Source of the DNA: Candidatus Dormiibacterota bacterium
GTDB taxonomy: Bacteria; Chloroflexota; Dormibacteria; Aeolococcales; Aeolococcaceae
Length of the DNA stretch: 64,000 nt
Reading direction: 5' to 3'
Assembly: GCA_963800175.1 (NCBI GenBank)
Contig: CAWCZS010000002.1
Coordinates: 2,305,695-2,369,694 of the forward strand
Shown: positions 9,829 to 20,968 of the stretch, piece after piece
Layout of the letters: every line of letters begins with the position of its first letter
Numbering within the stretch: position 1 is the stretch's first letter
Translations under genes and position numbers: made by a program
The notes under the pieces: model-generated
The model's input: only the letters and a program-made list of their open reading frames with translations
What the model was told of the DNA's origin: nothing
The model's database searches: none

Positions 9829-10293
9829 CTGCACCGCGCCACGCAGCATCTGGGTCACCCCGGGGATGTCGAAGTCCTGCGCCATCTCGTGGAGGGCCGC
9901 TCGCTGCGCATGGAGCGCGGCCTCGACGACGCGGCAGCCGGCCTCGGTGAGACCGACACGCACCATTCGCCGGTCGGGCGCCGCACGGAGCGTCCGGACG
10001 AGCCCCCGGTCATTCAACTCGTGGACCATCAGCGAGACGCGGGCCTCCGGAGCCTGGATGAGATCCGCGAGATCTCCCTGAACGCATCCCTCGGTTCCGG
10101 CGGCCCCGGCCTCGAGGAGGAGGTGGTACTGGAGGGGGCTGAGATCGTGCTGGGCAAGCGAGCGATTGATCTGGATCATCGCCTGGCGGAACCCGCGCCG
10201 GAAGATGGCCGCGAGCCGCAAGTCGTGGATCGTGGCGTCCTGGAAGAAGTCCGCGTCCGGACTTTCGAGTTCGGGCTTCGCGGCTAACGTCAC
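9787..10293 (-). CDS. MarR-family transcriptional regulator
   Basis: Winged-helix region LSPLQYHLLLEAG..GDLADLIQAPEARVSLMVHELNDRGLVRT..DRRMVRVGLTEAG. I prefer GTG 10293, which has a TAAAGT hexamer 7 nt upstream, over the ORF-track start 10353. Confidence 0.8.
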   Translation of the reverse strand: MTLAAKPELESPDADFFQDATIHDLRLAAIFRRGFRQAMIQINRSLAQHDLSPLQYHLLLEAGAAGTEGCVQGDLADLIQAPEARVSLMVHELNDRGLVRTLRAAPDRRMVRVGLTEAGCRVVEAALHAQRAALHEMAQDFDIPGVTQMLRGAVQLYLGVDIAEEGRL

Positions 10294-10599
10294 CGTTCCG
10301 ACTTTACAAGGTGCGCGATGGTGACTTGGCCGGTGCGGGGCTGTGGGCGGCAAATGTTTGTTTGCAGACGGTAAAAAACGGTGAAGCCCTCGCAGGGCAC
10401 ATCCATTCGCTCAACAGGGCGTTGTCAGGATGCTCGGCCAGGGGCCACATCTGAGGGGGGTTGCCAGCCAGGGGGATGGTGCCTACAGGGGGCGGGTCCC
10501 GCCGGACGGGGAGCGCAGCCCGCTCAAGCGGGCTACGTCTCTTCCGGAGCTCAGGCCGCTCGATCGAACTGAGTGACGCGCCCACGGGTGCGGCCGGGT

Positions 10600-11204
10600 T
10601 CAGACCACGTGCCCGAGCGCCCGCAGCGCCCGAACGTACTTCGGAGTGCTGTCCGGCTCACCGACACCGGCTGCACGAAGCCGCGCCATAACGGCCTCAA
10701 TCAACGCGTCGTCGGCGTCGAACAGCTCCACCTCCACCTCCCGAAACGTCTCGACCGTTCGGTCCCCGGACCGAACCGCCACACGGTCGTCGGCCACCTC
10801 CGCGCGCCGCGTGTCGCCGGCCACGAGATCGACGGTATGCCTGTCGGTAACCAGCGACGCGATCGGATGCAGCCTCACCTCGCCAACCACCGCCTGGATG
10901 ACATCGAGCGCCGCCTGAGGCGGTTCCTCGGGCGGACCGGCGAAGTCCGTCTCCTCACGCGACACGGCGTCCCCGATCATCCGAGCCCCCGCCTTGAGCG
11001 TCCACTTCCCCGCCTCGCCAGGAGCGCTGCGATGACGCAGCCCGAGCTTGGCGTGGAGCAGCGTCAGCTCATCGGTATCCCAATACGTCGCCGAGAGCTC
11101 GACACCGCCCCGATCAATAGCAGAAGTCCCATCGACAACACCATCAAGATCAGGCAACACAAAGTCGGACCAACAGGGATCTTGATCTCCCGCTCTTCGG
11201 GCAT
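10600..11204 (-). pseudogene. CYTH-domain protein (triphosphate tunnel metalloenzyme), frame break ~11170 right after the start
   Basis: ATG 11204 gives MPEEREIKIPVG (ExExK signature). It then shifts into the long frame DFVLPDLDG..ELSATYWDTDELTL..REVEVELFD. Confidence 0.7.
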
Positions 11205-11413
11205 CAGGCCCACTGTAATGACAAGCCGCGACCCGAAGGCTGCGGGCGAACGCCCCAAGCCTTCGGATCGCCCAGTGGACACTCAGCAGAGGGTGGAGGG
11301 GACACCCGCGGAGGCTGAATAGTCCGGTTTGAAGCCGGAGCGGGTGTCCCCTCCGCCCGGCCTGAAGCACAGACAACCGGGATCCGAAACACGGAAGAAG
11401 CGTTCGACCGGTG

Positions 11414-13146
<1,733 letters not shown>

Positions 13147-13147
<1 letters not shown>

Positions 13148-14691
13148 CAGGAATCACCGCCACGCGGCTGCGGACGCATGGTTGGGAAGAGCAGCACATC
13201 GCGAATGGTCGCTGAGTCGGTGAGCAACATGACGAGCCGGTCGACGCCGATGCCGAGTCCCCCGGCGGGTGGCATACCGACCTCGATCGCCTCGAGAAAG
13301 TCCTCGTCGATCGGTGGAATCTCGGAATCGCCTGCTGCGCGAAGGCGCGCCTGCTCCTCGAACCGCGCGCGCTGGTCGATCGGATCATTGAGCTCGCTGA
13401 ATGCGTTTGCCAGCTCGCGCCCCGCGACGATCAGCTCGAAGCGCTCGACAAAACGGGGATCGTCGACGCGACGGCGGGCGAGCGGGCTCACCTCCGCCGG
13501 GTAGTCGAGCACGAATGTCGGATCCCAGAGCTCACTCTCCACGCGCTGCTCGTAGATCTCGAGCAACACGGCACCTGGTCCCAGGTCGCGACCGACCTCG
13601 ACGCCGATCCCGGCTGCTGCCGCGTGCATTGCATCCCACGACGCGATCGCATCGACGCCGGTGTACTCGCGCACGAGGTCGACCATGGTTGCGGTGCGAT
13701 ACGGCGGCCGGAGGTCGAGCGCACGGCCGAACGCGGTGCGCAACAACGGATCCTCGCACGGTGCGCTGCCACCTTCGACTGCTTCGGCCACCTGCGGTCC
13801 GGCCGCATTCGCCGCAGCGGTGATGAGTGACTCGGTGAGCTCGCGCATGTCGTCGTACGTCGCGTAGGCCTGGTACGCCTCGAGCATCGTGAACTCCGGG
13901 TTGTGACGCGGCGACAGGCCTTCATTGCGGAAGACGCGACCGATCTCGTAGACACGCGCGTAGCCACCGACGATCAAACGCTTGAGGTGCAACTCGATCG
14001 CGATGCGCAGGTACACGTCGGTGTGCAGCGCGTTCCAGTGCGTCTCGAACGGCAGCGCGTGTCCGCCACCAGGGATCGGTTGCAGGACGGGCGTCTCGAC
14101 CTCGAGAAAGCCTCGCTGGTCGAGCGTTGCGCGCAGCGCACGGATCAGGCGCGTGCGGGTTGCGAAGTGGCGGCGTTGCGAGGCGTTGCTCAGCAGGTCG
14201 AGGTAACGCTTGCGGTACCGCGTCTCCTGGTCCTGGAGGCCGTGGAACTTCTCCGGCGGCGCATGCAGCGCCTTCACCAACAGCGTGACCGTGTCGACGA
14301 GAACGCTCGGTTCGCCACGTCTCGTGCGAGTGAGTGGTCCCGTGATCCCAACGATGTCGCCGAGGTCGAGGAGCGCGACCATCGCGTGAGCGTCGCCGGC
14401 ACGGTCGGCGCGGAACCACATCTGCATGCGTCCCGATTCGTCCTCGACGTGCGCGAAGGCGACGCCGCCCAGGTCGCGCAACTGCATGATCCGCCCGGCG
14501 ACGGAAACGATTGGCCGGTCGGCCGCCTCGACATCCGCGTCCGGATGGTCCGCTTCATACGCGTTGAGCAGCAGGCGCGCCTCGTCCATCGTCGCGGTGG
14601 GCGCGAAGTCGACACCGTAGGACTTGATCCCGCGCGCGGCGAGCTCGTCGACCTTGCGGCGTCGCTCAGCAAAGAGGTCGTCGGATGGCAT
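13147..14691 (-). CDS. lysS: lysyl-tRNA synthetase, class II
   Basis: 514 aa. OB-fold N-domain (GRIMQLRDLGGVAFAHVEDESGRMQ). Class II motifs (FRNEGLSPRHNPEFTMLE; GGLGIGVDRLVMLL). Confidence 0.93.
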
Positions 14692-14748
14692 CCGGCTATC
14701 TTCCCCGCCCAGGCTCGCCGCGTGCGCGACACGGGCCGCGCGGGGCCC

Positions 14749-15210
14749 CTAGTTGATCTTGGTGATCTTGATTTGCCGGGAGCCGCCCGGGCTCACCACA
14801 TCGATGGTGTCACCGACGCTGTGACCGAGCAGTGCCTTGCCGACCGGCGACTCCATCGAGATCCGGCCCTCTGCGACATCAACTTCCGCCGGCCCGACAA
14901 TCGTGAGCGTCTGCTTGCCGAAGTCATCTTTGACCTCAACAGTCGTTCCGACACTCACGATGCCGCTCTCGCTGCCCTCTTCGATGATGACCGCGTTGCG
15001 GAGCATGTTCTCGATGACGAGGATGCGACCTTCGAGCATTCCCTGCTCATTCTTCGCCTCGTCGTACTCCGCGTTCTCCGAGATGTCTCCGAAGTCCTTG
15101 GCGTACTTGATGCGCTCGGCCACCTCGGAGCGGCGAACGGTACGCAACTCATCCAATTCATGCTCAAGCTTGACGAGACCGTCCTTCGTGAGCAACACCG
15201 GTTTGTCCAT
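14749..15210 (-). CDS. greA: transcription elongation factor GreA
   Basis: MDKPVLLTKDGLVKLEHELDEL..AKDFGDISENAEYDEAKNEQ. 153 aa from ATG 15210. Confidence 0.92.
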   Translation of the reverse strand: MDKPVLLTKDGLVKLEHELDELRTVRRSEVAERIKYAKDFGDISENAEYDEAKNEQGMLEGRILVIENMLRNAVIIEEGSESGIVSVGTTVEVKDDFGKQTLTIVGPAEVDVAEGRISMESPVGKALLGHSVGDTIDVVSPGGSRQIKITKIN

Positions 15211-15401
15211 GGAATTCCCTGGTACCACACTATCCGGGCGGGGTAACCGCTGACCTCCGCTCTGCGGAGCCCGGAGTATAGGCGAGCAACATCCAACGCG
15301 GCGTAACAACTTGTCGTTATTCCTTGACGGAAATCGCTCTGGTTCATATGATCCGTCGCGAGGTCACGGCGGCGATCTCTTATTACTGCCCCCCCTCTCG
15401 G

Positions 15402-15426
15402 GGCGTCTCTGGTTTCCAGAGGCGCC
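15402..15426 (-). terminator. GC-rich hairpin downstream of dus (candidate terminator, no clean U-tract on the minus strand)
   Basis: GGCGTCTCTGG-TTT-CCAGAGGCGCC forms an 11-bp stem with one mismatch, starting ~15 nt after the dus stop. The T-rich run lies on the plus-strand side only. Confidence 0.3.
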
Positions 15427-15441
15427 CTTCTCTTTTGCTTG

Positions 15442-16483
15442 CTAGCCTTCGCCGCTGATGAACACCGGCTTGAACCATCCCTCCGGACGCGGTCCGGCGG
15501 CGAGCGCGCGATCCAGCAACGCGTCGAGCCGCTCGCGCGTGTCCATCGTCTGAACCTCCGCTCGAAGCCGTGCGGCGCCTGCGCATCCGCGAATCGTCCA
15601 GGCCACGTACTTGCGCCCGATGCGCAGCGCTCGCGTCTCGCCGTGATACGCGCAGAGCATGTCGAGATGGCGTCGTGCCAGCGCGATGCGCTCGGCAAAG
15701 TCGAGGTCCGGCAAGGTGGTTCCGGTCGCGAGGCGATGCACCGCCTGCCGCACCAGCCAGAAGTTGCCGAGCATGCCGCGGGCGATCACCACGCCGTCGA
15801 CCATCCCCGATTCGATCCGCCGCGCGAGGGTTTCGACGTCCTCGACGTCGCCGCTGCCGAAGACCGGCAGGTCGACCGCCTCCTTGACCCGCGCGATCTC
15901 CACCCAGTCCGCGGTTCCCTCGTACTTCTGGCAGCGGGTCCGGCCGTGGACCGTGACCGCGGCCACGCCGGCGTCCGCGAGGGCGCGGGCCAGCTCCGGA
16001 GCGTTGATCGAGGACGAGTTCCCAGCCGAGGCGCATCTTCACGGTGACCGGGACCGGGACCGCCGCGACCATCGCCGCGACCACCCGAGCAGTTGCGTGG
16101 ACGTCGCGTGCGAGCGCTGCGCCGCTCCCGCGGCTCACCACCTTGGAGACGGGGCACCCGAGATTGACGTCGACGAGCACCGCCCCTCGCTCCACGCAGA
16201 CGACTGCCGCTTCGGCCATCACCGCCGGGTCGCAGCCCACGAGCTGCGCCGCCACCGGGGATACCTGCTCGGGGAAATCGAGCAGGTGCAACGCGGCATC
16301 CGTACTCCGCACGACGGCCTCGGCGGCCACCATCTCCGTCGACACCAGTCCCGCGCCGAACTCCCGGCAGATGGCGCGGCACGGTGCGTCGGTGATCCCG
16401 ACCATGGGCGCAACCAGCACCGGGGATGAGAGTTCGAGCCCGCCGACCCGGAGTGGGCGGGCGGTTGTCGGCACGGCAGTCAT
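15442..16483 (-). pseudogene. tRNA-dihydrouridine synthase, frame break ~16023
   Basis: N-half: PVLVAPMVGITDAPCR..VDVNLGCPVSKV..VTVKMRLGW. C-half in another frame: NSSSINAPELARALADAGVAAVTVHGRTRCQKYEGTADW..GVVIARG. Confidence 0.82.
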
Positions 16484-16514
16484 CGCCCCATGGTACGGGG
16501 AGGGTCGGCTCGCC

Positions 16515-17279
16515 TCAGCGATTCTGCTCGTGGATCAGCCGCAGTCCGACGAGGGTCAGGCGCTCGTCGACCACGTCGATCGCCGGGATCAGCTTCGCCA
16601 GCGACGGGGCGAGGCCGCCGGTGGCGATCACCTTCGGCTCGCCCTCCATCTCCTTGCGGAACCGGCCCACCAGCCCCTCCACCAGGCCGACATAGCCGAA
16701 GACGATCCCGGACTGCATGCTCCCGGTGGTCGAATGCCCGATCGCCTCGACAGGGGCGGTGAGCTCGACCCGGATGAGCATCGCGGCGTGGCTCACCAGC
16801 GCGTCGTGGCTGAGCTGGATCCCGGGCGCGATCGCGCCGCCGAGGTAATCGCCACGGGCGTCGATGGCGTCGAACGTTGTGGCGGTCCCGAAGTCGACCA
16901 GGATGGCCGGCCCTTTATAGAGATGGTGGGCGGCGATGGCGTTCGCGATCCGGTCGGCGCCGACCCGCCTCGGGTCGTCGTACTGGATGCGGATCCCGGT
17001 TCGCGTCCCCGGGCCGACGACCATCGGCTGCAGGTTGAAGGAGGTGTGGGAAAGTTCGTCGATGCTCCGCGCCAACGTGGGAACAACGCTGCTCACCACG
17101 ACCCCGGTGATCTGCCCCGGCGAGAGGTCGCGGCGCCCCAGCAGCTCGACGAGCGTCAGTCCGAGCTCGTCGCCGGTGAAGCGATCGTCGGTGTGGATCC
17201 GGAAGTCCGCGATCAGCTCGTCGCCGTCGAAGACTCCGACGACGATGTTCGTGTTCCCGACGTCGATCGCGAGCAGCAT
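16515..17279 (-). CDS. coaX: type III pantothenate kinase
   Basis: MLLAIDVGNTNIVVGVF..VDFGTATTFDAI..GGAIAPG. Only the last 254 codons of the 834-aa ORF are family-like. TACACT hexamer 7 nt upstream of ATG 17279. Confidence 0.88.
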   Translation of the reverse strand: MLLAIDVGNTNIVVGVFDGDELIADFRIHTDDRFTGDELGLTLVELLGRRDLSPGQITGVVVSSVVPTLARSIDELSHTSFNLQPMVVGPGTRTGIRIQYDDPRRVGADRIANAIAAHHLYKGPAILVDFGTATTFDAIDARGDYLGGAIAPGIQLSHDALVSHAAMLIRVELTAPVEAIGHSTTGSMQSGIVFGYVGLVEGLVGRFRKEMEGEPKVIATGGLAPSLAKLIPAIDVVDERLTLVGLRLIHEQNR

Positions 17280-17306
17280 CGCGGCGAGTGTAGGCATCAT
17301 CGCGAC

Positions 17307-18170
17307 GTGATCGCGCTCCTCGACATCGGCGGGACCAAGATCGCGGCGTCCGCGGGGCGCGATGCCGCCATCGGGCCGACCCGGCGGATCCCGACCCCGG
17401 TCTCCTCCCCGCTGGCGACCCTGCGTGGCCTCATCGAAAGCGTGATGGGCGGTGTCCTGCCCGAGGCGATCGCGATCTCCGCGCCGGGACCGTTCGACCG
17501 GGCGACCGGCGCGCTGCGCAACCCGCCCGGAATGCCCCCGTCGTGGCATGGCCTCGAGATGGCGCATCTGCTGAGCCAGCGCTTCGACTGCCCTGTCGTG
17601 GTGGAGAACGACGCGAACTGCGCTGCCCTCGCGGAGGCCCGCCTCGGGGCCGGCGCGGGACATCGCACGGTCGTGTACTGGACGGTCTCCACGGGCATCG
17701 GCTGCGGGGTGGTTCGCGACGGCCGGATCGTCGTCGGCAGGCACGACACCGAGGGCGGCCACATGGTGCTCTGGCCGGCCTGGCTCGGCGGACCTCCCTG
17801 TCACTGCGGCGGTTTCGGCTGCCTCGAGGCGCTCGCGAGCGGTCGGGCGATCACCCGCCGATACGGCGTCGCCCCGGAACACCTGAGCGATCCGGAAGCC
17901 TGGGCCGAGATCGGCCGGTGGATCGGCCTCGCGGTCGTCAACGTCACCGCGGTGCACGATCCCGACGCGGTCATCTTCGGCGGCGGTGTGTGCGCGAGCT
18001 GGAGCCGGTTCGCGCCGGCGCTCTTCGAGGAGGTGCAGCGCTCGCTCCATCTCCAACCCCAACCGGAGATCGTCCGCGGCACCCTCGGCGAGGAGCGATC
18101 GCTGCTCGGGGCCCTGCTCATCGCCGAGGACAACGGTGAGGATCCCGCGCGACTGTTGACGGCGAGGTAG
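17307..18170 (+). CDS. ROK-family sugar kinase (glucokinase-like)
   Basis: LLDIGGTKIA ATP motif, ENDANCAALAE, zinc motif GHMVL..CHCGGFGCLEA. Only the C-terminal 287 codons of ORF 16044..18170 are family-like. GTG 17307. Confidence 0.82.
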   Translation: MIALLDIGGTKIAASAGRDAAIGPTRRIPTPVSSPLATLRGLIESVMGGVLPEAIAISAPGPFDRATGALRNPPGMPPSWHGLEMAHLLSQRFDCPVVVENDANCAALAEARLGAGAGHRTVVYWTVSTGIGCGVVRDGRIVVGRHDTEGGHMVLWPAWLGGPPCHCGGFGCLEALASGRAITRRYGVAPEHLSDPEAWAEIGRWIGLAVVNVTAVHDPDAVIFGGGVCASWSRFAPALFEEVQRSLHLQPQPEIVRGTLGEERSLLGALLIAEDNGEDPARLLTAR

Positions 18171-18182
18171 GCTACGGCGCCG

Positions 18183-19032
18183 ATGCCCACGGTCCACATG
18201 GTGTGCGACAGCACCGCCGACCTCGATCCAGCCTTCCGCGCCGCCCATACCGTCACCGTGGTCCCGCTCAAGGTGATCTTCGGGGATGAGACCTTCGACG
18301 ACGGCGTGGACATCACCGCCGAGCAGTTCTACAAGCGGCTGGCCGCACCCGGCCCGTTCCCGCGCACGTCGCAGCCGACGCCGGCTGAGTTCGAGGCGGT
18401 CTTCCGCGAACTCGGCGCCGATGGTGGCGCGATCGTGTGCACCACCATCTCCGCTGACCTGAGCGGCACCTACGCGTCGGCGACGCAGGCGCGCGCCGCG
18501 CTCCCGGATCTCGATATCCGCGTCATCGACACCCGCAGCGTCGCGGTCGGCCACTACGCCGCCGTCCGCGAAGCGGTTCGCGCAATCGAGGCCGGCGGCG
18601 ACGCGGACAAGGTCGTGGCCGCCGTCGCCGCCGTGGGCAGCACCGACCGGGTCCTCTTCACCGTCGAGACGCTCGAGTTCCTGCGCCGTGGCGGGCGCAT
18701 CGGCGGCGCCCGCGCGATGCTGGGCTCCATGCTCGACATCAAGCCGATCCTCGAGATTCGCGAAGGACACATTGAGCCGGTCGGACGTGTGCGGACGTAT
18801 CCGCGCGCGATCGACCGCGTCGTCGACGAGTGCACGCGCGGCCGCGCAGGCGTGGGGCGGCGCCGAGCTCGTGATCGCCCACGCGGACCGGCCGAAGATC
18901 GCCGCGGAGCTCATCGAGCGGATGCGTCCGATCGTGTCGGGCGAGCCGTCACTGACCGTGGTCGGTCCCGTCGTCGGCTGCCACAGCGGGCCGGGCGCCA
19001 TCGGCGTCGGCTTCCACAAACCGATCAGCTGA
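18183..19032 (+). pseudogene. DegV-family fatty-acid-binding protein, frame break ~18835
   Basis: VCDSTADL..FPRTSQPTPAEF..ISADLSGTY..FLRRGGRIG in the frame of ORF 18183. The C-terminus (AAQAWGGAELVIAHADRP..GCHSGPGAIGVGF) is in ORF 18688..19032. Confidence 0.8.
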
Positions 19033-19089
19033 GCGGGCCGCAGTTCAAATCGCTCCGGCCGCGTTAGGATTGCCGATCAGGTTGAACGC

Positions 19090-19798
19090 GTGAGAGAAAT
19101 CGCCACGATCACCGCCACCGACGAGGTGACGACCACTCTGTTGGTGGACGCCGACGTCGATGGCAGACGAAGCCAGATCGTCCGCGCGGCAGCCGCCGTG
19201 CTGGGCCGCCAGGGCTATGCGGAGACCTCGCTCAAGGACGTCGCCCGCGAAGCCGGCGTCGCCCCCGGTCTCCTCCACTACTACTTCGAATCCAAGGAGG
19301 AACTGCTCCTCGAGGTCGTGACCGTGACCGAGCGCCAGATGGTCGCCAACTGGAAGGCGGTCGTCGAGGCAGTGGACGACCCGCTCGAGCGCATCGTGAC
19401 GGGCCTCGACCACGCCGAAGCCCGCTGCGCCGATCAGCCCGAGTTCTTCCGCCTCCTCCTCGATCTCTACACGGTGAGCCTGAGCAGCCCCGCGCTGCGA
19501 ACTCGCTGCGCGGCCCTTCGCAGCCCACCTGGTCGACGAGATCGAGATCGAGCTCCGTCAAGTGCTCGGGCCGGCTTCCAGCGTACTCGCTGGTTACCCC
19601 ACGCGAGCTCGCCGGTGCCGATCCTCAGCGCCATCGACGGGATCGCCCTCTCGAGCCTCGTGGTCCAGCAGGCAACGGCGCGCGCCGTTCCGCGCGCTCA
19701 AGGTGCTATTGCTCTCGCTGGTCGTCACCGCATACGTCACTGCCGGGCAGGACCCGCCCGTCGCCCGCCTCGGGGAGATGCTCAGCCGCCACCCCTAG
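19090..19798 (+). pseudogene. TetR-family regulator with several frame changes in the C-terminal half
   Basis: Intact HTH (RRSQIVRAAAAVLGRQGYAETSLKDVAREAGVAPGLLHYYFESKEELL). After ~19500 the plausible sequence hops frames: AHLVDEIEIELRQVLG / RELAGA / ILSAIDGIALSSLVVQ / FRALKVLLLSLVV..LSRHP. Confidence 0.65.
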
Positions 19799-19876
19799 GG
19801 GGCTCTGCGGGAGGCGAGGGCCGTCGCTCGCGGTGTTAGCGCCGTTTTTCCTCTGGCGAGTGTCTTGCGCCGCGGA

Positions 19877-19993
19877 GCGGGCGGGGTGACCCGCGCCAGC
19901 GCTCAGCTTGTCAGCGCCCTCGTTCGCGCAAGCAGATTGTCGCACTCGCTCGGGCGCTGACAAATTCGCCGTGGTGCGGGTCACCCCGCCCGC
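19877..19993. repeat. 117-bp nested-palindrome repeat, copy B (opposite orientation to A)
   Basis: 18-bp arms GCGGGCGGGGTGACCCGC / GCGGGTCACCCCGCCCGC. Inner stem TTGTCAGCGCCC / GGGCGCTGACAA. Core CTCGTTCGCGCAAGCAGATTGTCGCACTCGCTCGGG. Confidence 0.85.
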
Positions 19994-20159
19994 TCCCAGG
20001 TCATGCTCAGCATTAGTAACGGCGCTTTCTTGTTCGCTTTGGCGTGGGTGGTGCCTCCACGACGCAGTGCCGTACGGTGTCGCGAGCCACGCGCGCACTC
20101 CTTAGCGGCCGTTCCAGCAGCGCCCATTCCCTTAGCTTCGATCGGCGAGAAAGACTTTT

Positions 20160-20940
20160 CTAGCCGGCTTCGACTGGGAGCGGCGGGAGGAGCGCGACGG
20201 TGGCGCCGATCGGTCCTTCTTCCTCGCCTTCCGCGCGCCCCCAGAAGCGCGAAAAGCGGCCGTCGTAGCCGACTGCAAGCCCGCCGTGGAAAGAGATCGG
20301 CTCGTCGTTCCAGTGCGGGGTGTGCCCGTGGACTACTCGGCGGACATTGAAGTGCTTGAGGTATCGCTGCAGCCGGGCTGGGTCGTCGAAGCCATGGCGG
20401 CCGATCGTGAACCAGAGGGACTGGAAGGCTCCGCCGCGTGGTCGCGAGCCAGGCGCTTGCTGCCGCGTTCACCTCGTCGATCGTGTCGGCGATCTCGGCG
20501 TAGCGGTCGTCGTCGGTGTGCTGGGCGAGGGTGCCGTCTTCGAGCTTGAGGAGCATCGGGAGCGCTCGAAGCCAGGCTTCCAGGGCTGGGTCCGCTGCGA
20601 CCGCGTTCAGGTCGGCCCAGTCGCCTCTTCGGCTGAGCCAGAGGTCTTCGATGCTGAGGCCGTCACGCGTTTTGAAGGTGCCGAGTTGGTCGCCTCCTCG
20701 GGAGCGTTCGACCATGACAAGGAGGAAGAGGTCGTGGTTGCCCAGGACGGAGCGGGCGTTGCGGCGGGTCATCGCGAGGCGGGCGGCTGCGGCGCCGCCG
20801 CCGGCGCCGGGTTGGCCGCCCTGGAAGAAGTCGCCGAGGAAGACGGTGTCGACTTCGTCCTCGGGGTAGGGCTGGAGCGCTTCGCGGAGGCGGTCGACGT
20901 CACCCTGGACGTCGCCGACGATCAGGGTGGGTCTGGACAC
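20160..20940 (-). pseudogene. calcineurin-like metallophosphoesterase (ApaH/PrpE-like), frame break ~20440
   Basis: LIVGDVQGD..TVFLGDFF..VLGNHDLF in ORF 19981..20940. The C-terminal part (GAFQSLWFTIGRHGFDDP..RRVVHGHTPH..) reads in another frame and ends at TAG 20160. Confidence 0.72.
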
Positions 20941-20968
20941 GGCGTTCAGGATACGAGCGCCGGCTTGG

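Noticed and set aside
10354-10600. The intergenic region as a known RNA: SRP/4.5S, RNase P, tmRNA, 6S, or cobalamin, SAM, guanidine or c-di-GMP riboswitches.
   Set aside because: None of the hallmark conserved strings I remember for these families is present on either strand (e.g. GAGGAAAGUCC for RNase P, the GGAA-tetraloop domain IV for SRP, the B12 box, the tmRNA ends). It is kept only as an unclassified structured gap.
15383-16483. Treating the split halves of dus, argB, argG, argH, serS, birA and others as separate smaller genes or as domain-fission events.
   Set aside because: In every case the halves abut within a few nucleotides, are in different frames of the same strand, and together recreate the canonical domain order and length. 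A single-nt indel explains each better than gene fission does.
16044-19019. Very long ORFs: 708 aa on the plus strand at 16044..18170, and 834 aa on the minus strand at 16515..19019, which look like giant proteins.
   Set aside because: Only the terminal 287 aa (ROK kinase) and 254 aa (CoaX) show family motifs. The remainder is Arg/Ala/Pro/Gly-rich read-through antisense to real genes (dus, coaX, ROK, degV), as expected in GC-rich DNA where stops are rare.
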